Below, one piece after another: positions 1 through 9,394 of a DNA stretch of 44,087 nucleotides. This DNA is from Macrostomum lignano (Eukaryota). Location of the stretch: positions 1 through 44,087 of the forward strand of contig NIVC01004498.1 in assembly GCA_002269645.1 (NCBI GenBank), read 5' to 3'. The notes under the pieces were generated by a model that was not told where the DNA came from, searched no databases, and was given only the letters and a program-made list of their open reading frames with translations. Made by a program: the position numbers and the translations under genes. How positions within the stretch are numbered: position 1 is the stretch's first letter; every line of letters begins with the position of its first letter.

Positions 1-569
1 GGAGAGGAGAGGGAGGAGTGGAGAGGAGAGGAGAGTGAGAGAGGAGAGGGGAGAGGAGAGGAGAGGAGAGAGAGAGGGGAGAGGAGAGAGAAGAAGAGGA
101 GAGACGGGAGAGAGGAGAGAAAGATAGAGAGGAGAGGAGAGGAGGGAGGAGAGGAGAGGAGAGGAGAGGAGAGGAGAGGAGAGGAGAGAGGAGAGGAGAG
201 GAGAGGAGAGGAGAGGAGAAGGAGAGGAGAGGAGAGAGAGGAGAAGGGGAGGAGAGGAGAGAGGAGAGGGGAGAGGAGAGGAGAGGAGGGAGAAGAGAGG
301 AGAGGAGAGGAGAGGGAGAGAGGAGAGAGGAGAGAGGAGAGGAGAGGAGAGGAAGGAGAGGAGAGAGAGAGGAGAGGGGAGAGGAGAGGAGAGGAGAGGA
401 GAGGAGAGAAGGAGAGGAAGGAGAGGAGAGGAGAGGAGAGGGGAGAGAGAGGAGAGGAGAGGAGAGGAGAGGAGAGGAGAGGAGAGGAGAGGAGAGGAGA
501 GGAGAGGAGAGGAGAGAGGAGAGGAGGGGAGAGGAGAGGAGAGGAAGAGGGGAAAGGGGAGAGAGGAGA
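1..569. repeat. Purine-only (GGAGA)n / GA-rich microsatellite
   Basis: Only G and A for about 570 nt, mostly GGAGA pentamers; runs off the window start. Confidence 0.97.
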
Positions 570-1359
570 GCTGAGAAGCGAATAAACCCTGAGCGGGCTG
601 GATCGCGACATCTGACAGAGTGTGAAAGATTTGCTGTGACTGAGGCACAAAAAATCATCAATTATTTTCCCTGTCAAGTCAGCCCCACCTGTACAGATTG
701 ACGACAGCTGCATAGATCGAGTGTACATTCCATTGTACATTAAGTACGACCAACACTAAAATCTTTGTTTTTTCGCAAGCTAGACAGTTTTCTTCTCTAA
801 CCTCGTCCCCCACCTCAGCAACAAATCTGCATCCCAAGGATTTGTAAAGACAGTGGATGTTGTTGCAATTCAGCTTTTATGGATGAGAAAGAAAATTGTA
901 AAATATTAAGCATTATTTTATTTTTTAAATCTTAGATGTAATTGGAATCCTGTATGGCGCTGAGGGAACAACAAGTTACTGGGACGTTGAGAAGGCAGTC
1001 ATGTCAAAATGCAATGCAATAGTTATACATGCATTATCACAATCCAACGCAATGCAATGTAATCAAATCACAAATCACTCAATAACTGGAGTAAATACAA
1101 ATTTCAAATTTCATCATTTCAAACCAAATAGTTTAAGAAGGTATTCGCAACCTTAACTGAAGTTTATTTAAGTACTTAAAACACTAATTTAAAGCAGAAA
1201 TATATCATAGCACGATTTATTTGTTTAAATATTCTATTACAGAACTTATAGCAAATGTTTCATTGGACTTTGCACTATTGCCGCAAACATTAACAGCGAT
1301 TTATAAAATTTTCGTATAATCACACTATATTTTCAAACGTTAAAGGAAAATTTGTTTTC

Positions 1360-4303
1360 TTAGAAAGGTGTCATTATAACAATAAAACTTTCTAAACGAT
1401 GTCTCAGCAGATGATTCGTTTTTTGCAATCGATGTTCGATGTTGCAATTAGGCAGCGAACCGCGAGCCAAATCGGCTTTAAACTGAGCCTCACACTTGGC
1501 CAGAAGCTCGGGCCCAGTCAGGATGTCAATGCCAGTCATGGCCAGGGCCTTGGCCTGAGCCAGAGTATACGGCTGGGCCTCCGGTAGGTTAACAAATCGT
1601 GTGAACTCCACGCTATGGTTGGGCGCGTCGCCGCCCATGTAGAACATGGGATGGATTGCCGGCACAGTGTAACTAACGTTGCCCATATCTGTTGAACCCG
1701 ACGGCAGTTCCGTGATGCCAACGTGTTCAACACCTAGAGCGGTCAGATTGGCGCTATAGGCAGCTCCGAGTGGCGCGTTGCAGATGACGCTGCTGTAGCC
1801 GCGGCTTATGTCCTCGATGCTGCATTCGCAGCCGGAGGCGACCGCGCCAGCCCGGAGGCAGGCTTCAACTCGAGCTCGGAGTACGGCCAGTTCGCGATCG
1901 CTAGGACAGCGGACGAAATAGTCTGACGAAATTGATGTTGAAAGAAACATTGTTTCGGATCGAAGCAGATTTAAGGTGTCAACTTCTAAACAATAACTAA
2001 AACGTAATACGTAATACGTCAAGAAAGCCATAGAATTTAAAGTGCAAGTTCAGCTTCAACCATGACAGATGGTTTCTGCATCAAGAGGCTTTAGCACCGC
2101 TTTGGCACCAAGAGGCTTTGGCACCAAGGGCCTTTAGCACCAAGGGGCTTTAGCACCAAGGGGCTTTAGCACCAAGGGGCTTTAGCACCAAGAGGCTTTA
2201 GCACCAAGAGGCTTTAGCACCAAGAGACTTTAGCACCAAGAGGCTTTAGCACCAAGGGGCTTTAGCACCAAGGGGCTTTAGCACCAAGGGGCTTTAGCAC
2301 CAAGAGGCTTTAGCACCAAGAGGCTTTAGCACCAAGATACTTTAGCACCAAGAGGCTTTAGCACCAAGGGGCTTTAGCACCAAGAGGCGAGGCTTTAGCA
2401 CCAAGAGGCTTTAGCACCAAGAGACTTTAGCACCAAGAGGCTTTAGCACCAAGGGGCTTTAGCACCAAGAGGCTTTAGCACCAAGAGGCTTTAGCACCAA
2501 GGGGCTTGGGCACCAAGAGGCTTTAGCACCAAAGGGCGCCAGCACCAAGGGGCGCCAGCACCAAGGGGCGCCAGCACCAAGGGGCGCCAGCACCAAGGGG
2601 CGCCAGCACCAAGGGGCGCCAGCACCAAGGGGCGCCAGCACCAAGGGGCGCCAGCACCAAGGGGCGCCAGCACCAAGGGGCGCCAGCACCAAGGGGCGCC
2701 AGCACCAAGGGGCGCCAGCACCAAGGGGCGCCAGCACCAAGGGGCGCCAGCACCAAGGGGCGCCAGCACCAAGGGGCGCCAGCACCAAGGGGCGCCAGCA
2801 CCAAGGGGCGCCAGCACCAAGGGGCGCCAGCACCAAGGGGCGCCAGCACCAAGGGGCGCCAGCACCAAGGGGCGCCAGCACCAAGGGGCGCCAGCACCAA
2901 GGGGCGCCAGCACCAAGGGGCGCCAGCACCAAGGGCGCCAGCACCAAGGGGCGCCAGCACCAAGGGCGCCAGCACCAAGGGGCGCCAGCACCAAGGGGCG
3001 CCAGCACCAAGGGGCGCCAGCACCAAGGGGCGCCAGCACCAAGGGGCGCCAGCACCAAGGGGCGCCAGCACCAAGGGGCGCCAGCACCAAGGGGCGCCAG
3101 CACCAAGGGGCGCCAGCACCAAGGGCGCCAGCACCAAGGGGCGCCAGCACCAAGGGCGCCAGCACCAAGGGGCGCCAGCACCAAGGGGCGCCAGCACCAA
3201 GGGGCGCCAGCACCAAGGGGCGCCAGCACCAAGGGGCGCCAGCACCAAGGGGCGCCAGCACCAAGGGGCGCCAGCACCAAGGGGCGCCAGCACCAAGGGG
3301 CGCCAGCACCAAGGGGCTTTAGGATCAAGGGCTTTAGGATCAAGGGGCTTTAGGATCAAGGGGCTTTAGGATCAAGGGGCTTTAGGATCAAGGGGCTTTA
3401 GGATCAAGGGGCTTTAGGATCAAGGGGCTTTAGGATCAAGGGGCTTTAGCACAAGGAAACAACAGGGGGCCTTACATCATCAGTATTCAATGGTAACTGC
3501 ACCATTTGACGTTCAGCAAACATTATTTTCAGCAGACAATTTAACAGAGTTACGTTGAATAACTTTTATCAAATCGACTCACCCAGCACAGCTCGCTCAG
3601 GGATGATATTGGGCCGCTGGCCGCCCTCCTTCACGATGCCGTGCACCCGCCACTCCGGCCGCATCTGCTGCCGCAAGTTCGACACGCTCTGGTAGGCCGT
3701 CACGGCCGCGTCAAGGGCGTTGAGGCCCTCCCAGGGCGAGCCGGCAGCGTGGGACGCCTTGCCGGTGTACGTTGCTCGGAGGAAAGCCACACTGAGGTGC
3801 GGCACGTGCACTGCCGTCAGCTTGTACGGGTGCGCCATGAGGGCCACGTCAACGTCTTTGAAGAAGCCGGCCTCAATAAAGTTGATCTTTCCGCCGTAGT
3901 GCTCCTCTGCCGGCGTCCCGAGCACCGTGACCCTGCCGGCCACGCCGCCCGCCTCCATGGCCGCCTTGATGCCCAGACCGGCACCCACCGCCACCTCGGC
4001 GATCAGGTTGTGTCCGCAGGCGTGCCCGATGCCCGGCAGAGCGTCGAACTCGCACATCACGGCGATGTGGGGCCGCCCGGCGCCAGCAGACCCGAACTCG
4101 GCCTTGAACCCGGTGTCCAGCACGAAGTGCCGCGTCACGCTGAAGCCCGACGACTCCAGCGTCTCCGTCAGCAGCTGGTGCGCCATTCGCTCCTCCAGCG
4201 CCAGCTCCGGGTTCTGCCACAGGCGGGAACTGACGCCGAGCAGCAGCTCGCGCGACTCGTCGATCTTGGCGGCCGCGACATCCTTCAGCTGCTGCGGATT
4301 CAT
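1360..4303 (-). CDS. PM20D2: M20 peptidase domain-containing protein 2-like dipeptidase, copy A (2 exons: 4303-3583, 1922-1360; about 427 aa)
   Basis: Motifs CEFDALPGIGHACGHNLIAE, GTPAEE, AHP, GSTDMGNVS and PAIHP. Phase-1 GT-AG intron 3582-1923 joins ERAVL-D-YFVRCP in frame. The C-terminal tail is about 30 aa longer than in copies B and C and is less certain. Confidence 0.9.
2088..3451. repeat. Intronic 16-bp minisatellite in three related blocks
   Basis: TTAGCACCAAG(A/G)GGCT (about 2088-2530), CCAGCACCAAGGGGCG (about 2531-3312), TTAGGATCAAGGGGCT (about 3313-3451). Confidence 0.97.
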
Positions 4304-4707
4304 CAGAGCAGTCGCTGAAATGCGGTTGGTAGAAAACCTGAGACAATGAGACCTGTAGCGGAATAACGGACTAAAGAAACTGTATCTCGCTACTAACAAG
4401 TAAGCAGAAATAACCTGAAAATACATATTTGAGAGCGAAAACGCCTGGAACTGGAAAAATGTTCAATTATGTATATTTAGGACTATCAAATAGTTCTATT
4501 GGAATTAGTCCACTTAATTCAAATTACGATTAAAACAGTTTTCATGAGGATATTTTCTCGATTGCTTCATGATAAAATATAAACATTGCAATTCAGTAAT
4601 TTTTTAGCAAAAAAGACTTTAATAAAGCTTTCGTACCAACTATTTTGGTTAGAAAAATTTGCACTAGGCAACGAAAAAACACATTTTCGAGTTTCCCATC
4701 ACAATCA

Positions 4708-4924
4708 GCTCCAGCCACAGGTGCTCAGCTCATCCTTGAGTCTCCCATTACCCTCAGCTCATCCTTGAGTCTCCCATCATCCTCAGCTCATCCTTGAGTC
4801 TCCCATCACCCTCCGCTCTAGCCACAGATGTTCAGCTCATCCTTGAGTCTTCCATTACCCTCAGCTCTTCCTTGAGTCTCCCATCACCCTCCGCTCATCC
4901 TTGAGTCTCCCATCACCCCCGGCT
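4708..4924. repeat. 29-bp minisatellite abutting the copy B stop codon
   Basis: Unit CTCAGCTCATCCTTGAGTCTCCCATCACC, about 6 degenerate copies. Confidence 0.9.
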
Positions 4925-4925
4925 C

Positions 4926-6207
4926 TTAGCCGTAGATGCTCAGATCCTCATGAAAAGTTTCCCAGCATCGCTGCACCAGCGCAGGCTCCGTGAGCACATC
5001 GATGCCGGTCATCGCCAGAGCCTTGGCCTGCTCCAGGACGTAACGCTGCGCCTCAGCAGCTCCGGCCAGCACCGCAAATCCCGCACTATGCGTGGCAGCG
5101 TCGCCACCGATGAAGAACATCGGATGAATGGACGGCACCTCGTAGCTCACATTGCCCATGTCGGTTGAGCCGGTGGGCTCCGGGTACAGCTGAGTGTGCT
5201 CAACACCCAGAGCTCTCAAGTTCGCACTGTAGGCGCCAGCAAGAGCGCGATTGGGAATCACATTCTTGTACTCAGGTTCCGACTCTGAGATGAGGCACTC
5301 GCATCCGGTTGCCATGGCAGCCGCATGCATGCATTGCTTCACTTTGTTGAGCAGCAGTTGCGAGTCGCCGCCAGTTGAAGCTCGGGTGCAGTACTCTGGA
5401 AGTTGAAGCGTTTGCTGCGTCACCAAGATGCAAGAGCTTAGTTTTGCACTTTTAATCCGCACTACAGATTGCACTAATAACCTGACCTAGCACAGCTCGC
5501 TCAGGGATGATGTTGGGCCGCTGGCCGCCCTCCTTCACGATGCCGTGCACCCGCCAGTCCGGCCGCATCTGCTGCCGCAGGTTCGACACGCTCTGGTAGG
5601 CCGTCACGGCCGCGTCAAGGGCGTTGAGGCCCTCCCAGGGCGAGCCGGCCGCGTGGGACGCCTTGCCGGTGAAGATAACCTCAATACTACTCAGACTCAA
5701 GTGAGCGCTGTGTACCGTTGTCATGCGGTCTGGATGCGCCATCAGAGCGACGTCAACGTCTTTGAAAAAACCCGCATTGATCATGTTGATCTTGCCGCCC
5801 TGTGCCTCCTCTGCCGGCGTCCCGAGCACCGTGACCCTGCCGGCCAGGCCGCCCGCCTCCATGGCCGCCTTGATGCCCAGACCGGCACCCACCGCCACCT
5901 CGGCGATCAGGTTGTGTCCGCAGGCGTGCCCGATGCCCGGCAGAGCGTCGAACTCGCACATCACGGCGATGTGGGGCCGCCCGGCGCCAGCAGACCCGAA
6001 CTCGGCCTTGAACCCGGTGTCCAGCACAAAGTGCCGCGTCACGCTGAAGCCCGACGACTCCAGCGTCTCCGTCAGCAGCTGGTGCGCCATTCGCTCCTCC
6101 AGCGCCAGCTCCGGGTTCTGCCACAGGCGAGAACTGACGCTGAGCAGCAGCTCGCGCGACTCGTCGATCTTGGCGGCAGCGACATCCTTCAGCTGCTGCG
6201 GATTCAT
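4926..6207 (-). CDS. PM20D2: PM20D2-like dipeptidase, copy B (2 exons: 6207-5487, 5395-4926; 396 aa)
   Basis: Same M20 metal-binding motifs as copy A. A 91-nt phase-1 GT-AG intron (5486-5396) gives ERAVL-E-YCTRA; spliced length 1191 nt is divisible by 3. Confidence 0.92.
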
Positions 6208-6352
6208 CAGAGCAGTCGCTGAAAATGCAGTCATGTAAACTAATAGTACTCGTAACTGATATTAAGCTAGGTAAACTTCAGAAGTAAAAAAAATATTAGA
6301 TCAGAAGACAAAAAAAACAAATTGAAAGTTTCATACAGGTATTAATACGAGC

Positions 6353-7016
6353 CCCTCAGCAACATTGAAAGTTTCCACCCTAGCGCGCGAAGGGTCAACG
6401 TTTTGGTGGGTGGAGATCTTTGTGGTTTGAGCCATAGACAAATATATAATCCGGATTCGAACGAAGCAAAGGAACAGCAAAGAGCAAGTGCACTCCAACC
6501 GATGCAGGGCTACATTCCTGTTACTAGGCAGTGCTGTCGGATTCGCCTTCAAAGGAGTCGTCAAAGGAGTGAGCACCACGCTGCTCGTTTCTCTGCACTT
6601 GATCTGCAGTTTGCGGATTGCTGTGTGCGACCGCCCAATTTGGCTAGCAACAGCTCGGATGGACATCCCAGCGTCCAGCATGCCAATGGCCCGCGCTCGT
6701 ATCAGGTCGGTCATTTGGCGAACCATTGCGTTCGGTTGCGAACGTGGATTTTAGACTCCTTTAAGCAGCTGCTGTCTGCTCCATGTGACTGTTTCCTTCG
6801 AGCTGTCTGGCGTCATGACCCAAGTTTTTGTCTATGGCCCAAGTGCGTGTTGACGAAATCATCAATCGTCTATGGCACTTGACGAAATCATCAATCGTCT
6901 ATGGCACAAGTGCGTGTTGACGAAATCATCAATCGTCTATGGCACAAGTCTGGCGACAAAAACCATTTTTGAAACTGGCTGGCGCGAGGGTGGAAACTTT
7001 TCAATGTTGCTGAGTG
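6353..7016 (-). mobile_element. Internally deleted Tc1/mariner-family element with a transposase N-terminal HTH stub
   Basis: Imperfect TIRs of about 35 bp (C[C/A]CTCAGCAACATTGAAA(A)GTTTCCACCCT.GCGC at about 6353-6388 and 6982-7016) with TA after the right TIR. The ORF from ATG 6726 reads RARAIGMLDAGMSIRAVASQIGRSHTAIRKL, typical of the Tc1/Tc3 HTH. No DDE core is present. Confidence 0.8.
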
Positions 7017-7021
7017 TAGAG

Positions 7022-7150
7022 CCGGGGTAGACCAGCTCAGCGGTAAAAGCGTCCGACCCTTCGCGGCCACATTCATTTGGGGCTTGTGTGTGCAAGAAGG
7101 GGGAGTTTGTCCTGCGATTTACAGCCACGAGGACCAAAGACCACCCTGTG
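7022..7150 (+). mobile_element. Possible tRNA-derived SINE head fragment
   Basis: CCAGCTCAGCGGTAAAAGCGTCCGAC resembles a tRNA 5' half/A-box; no clear B-box or cloverleaf. Confidence 0.3.
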
Positions 7151-7400
7151 GAACATTATATATTAGACTATGATTTAAAATACGAGATCCTTTAACGAGC
7201 TAGTGGAGAAAAAGTTAAAACAGCATAAAATATTGTAAATTACAGCTTGCGGCTGCATGAAAGTCATTTAATTAGGGTTAGGACATAAATGGTAAAGTTT
7301 TTAACATTGACAGAGAAAGAACATTGCTAGTAGAACTAATTATACAGCTTTGATGGCCTTTCCAGATAACTTTTGACAACCAAACTGACTATCCTCAATA

Positions 7401-7557
7401 CGCTGCCTGCGAGGGGCCCCGGCTGCGTGTTGCCCTAGTTTATGAACCATAGACTGCAAGTGATAAAAAGCTACCCACATTGAGAATCGATCGTTTTATT
7501 ACTTTCCATGGTTCATAGACTATGGCAAGAAGCAGCCAAGACCCCTCGCAGGCAGCG
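7401..7557. mobile_element. 157-bp MITE-like foldback flanked by TA
   Basis: Arms CGCTGCCTGCGAGGGG...TATGAACCAT and ATGGTTCATA...CCCCTCGCAGGCAGCG (about 50 bp, imperfect); TA at 7399-7400 and 7558-7559. Confidence 0.75.
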
Positions 7558-7989
7558 TATGCAGGATTCTCAGTTAGGCTGACAAAAGCTATAGTAGCGT
7601 TGTATGTTGGCAAAGCACTACCGGGTGAGGATTTACCATAGACATTCTCGGCTTTTTGTACGGAAATTTAATCTCGAATTATCTGCAGTTAAAGGACCCA
7701 CTCCATCCATTTAGATAGAATAATTGCCATCCCAGTGGTCTGCTTTCCCAAATTGATTCTAATTACTCAGCCACAAAATTAGTACATAAAAATTTATATT
7801 AATGCACGTTAGTAGCTATATGGGTTAAAGATTTTTGTAAAAATCTAGTTACAAAATTGCGTAGAACAATATCTCTAGCATGGAAAACTGTAGTAGTCTT
7901 AAAATCGTAGAAAGACCCTGGCCTACACTCGCCAGTTCGCAATTCATATATTTTTTTTACAAATAGTTGTATCAAAATCAAATGAAAAC

Positions 7990-9310
7990 GGTACCCAGGC
8001 CAAGCAGCGTCCCGGAGTCACTTGCGTTGTCCCAGAGTCGTTTCAGATGACATGGGTAAAATTGGAAAGAAGAGACTCCAAACGACTCTAAAACGACGAG
8101 ATGTCACGGTACAAGTCGCCAAAAGTCAGCAAAGAGTTATGCAAGAGTCATTTTAAAGCAGCATTATATTGTCCGCGACTTTGGGGCAACGCAAGTGACC
8201 AGCTGGGACGCTTTTACGACTCTGGGGGCCCCCGTAGAGTCGTATCTAGGGCGAGCTAGAGTCGTTTTAGAATCACTGAGTTGCGTCACATAGTAAAATA
8301 GAATCTTATTTCGCATTTATAACAACTCGATTGTCTATTTAGTGTACTAGACCCGTTAAAACGTTACCATGACAAGAATCGCTAAAGAGTCATTGCAAAC
8401 AACTCTCTAGTGACTTTAGTGACTCTGTGGCAACTCTGGTGACTTTTTAACGACTCAAACGACTGCAATGCGACGGAGAGGCGACTTTTGCGTTAGTTGC
8501 AGAACCGTAAAAGTGTTGGCGCTGAACTTTCTCTAGAGATGTGACTCTGATTCATCAAGTGACTCTATAGTGACTCTAGAACGTCTCAAACACGACTCTA
8601 CGGCCCCAGAGTCGTTTCAGGGTCGCAGGTAATAAAACGCTCCAAAGCGTTTTATTGGATTGGCGATTCTTGAGCGGCTTGACTTTTTGGCGGCTTGTAC
8701 CGTAATATCTTGTCGGTTTAGTCGTTTAGAGTCACTTCTTTCTTATTTTACCTGTGTCATCTGCAACAACTCTGAAACGAATATGGGGCGACGCAAGTGA
8801 CTCTGGGCCTAGGTGCTGTTCTCATCGGGTAGGCCAAGAAGCATCCCAGACTCAGTTGCTTCTCCCAGAGTTGTTTCAGAGTCAGTTTGTGCAGATAATA
8901 GATAAAATAAGAAAAAAGTGACCTCTAGACGACTCTAAAACGACGAGATGTCACGGTACAAGTCGCCAAAAAGTTGTAAAAGAGGCAGTCGCCTACGAGT
9001 GAGAGTCAATTTGAAGTGTTTTATTGTCTGCGACTCTGGGGCGACGCAAGTGACCTATGACGCTTTTAAAATGACACTGGGGCCGCAGAGTCAGATCTGA
9101 GGCGTGCTGGAGTCGCCGTAGAATCACTGAGTTGCGTCACTTAGTAAATTGAATCGACGTGTAGTGTACTTAGGTCAAACTCTGACACAACGACTCTTGG
9201 ACGGCTTTTTGCGAATCTTTTACAATTCTGCAACTGGTTTGAGCCTTATCTGTCGCACCACAGTCGTTTGAGTTGTTTGCAGTGACTCTAGCGATTCTGG
9301 TGACAGTAAC
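7990..9310. mobile_element. Cluster of a GACTC/GAGTC-rich dispersed non-autonomous repeat family in inverted and direct arrangement
   Basis: Segment about 8000-8290 recurs inverted at about 8550-8830 and direct at about 8830-9130. Segment about 8350-8520 recurs inverted at about 9170-9310, 11380-11580 and 24660-24790. Confidence 0.7.
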
Positions 9311-9394
9311 CTTTTCAATGTGAAACGTTATGCAGGAAACTATCTTGAAAACCAACTTCTTTTAGCTGTCCAAGAACTCCTAGTAAACATAGCG

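Noticed and set aside
2459-3359. Three long ORFs of PLVLAPLGAGAPWCWR repeats
   Set aside because: They are translations of a stop-free 16-bp intronic minisatellite; the flanking exons splice across it.
3641-6238. Plus-strand and alternate-frame ORFs overlapping PM20D2 exons (also near 10790-12427)
   Set aside because: Shadow ORFs of GC-rich coding sequence; they recur only because the exons are duplicated.
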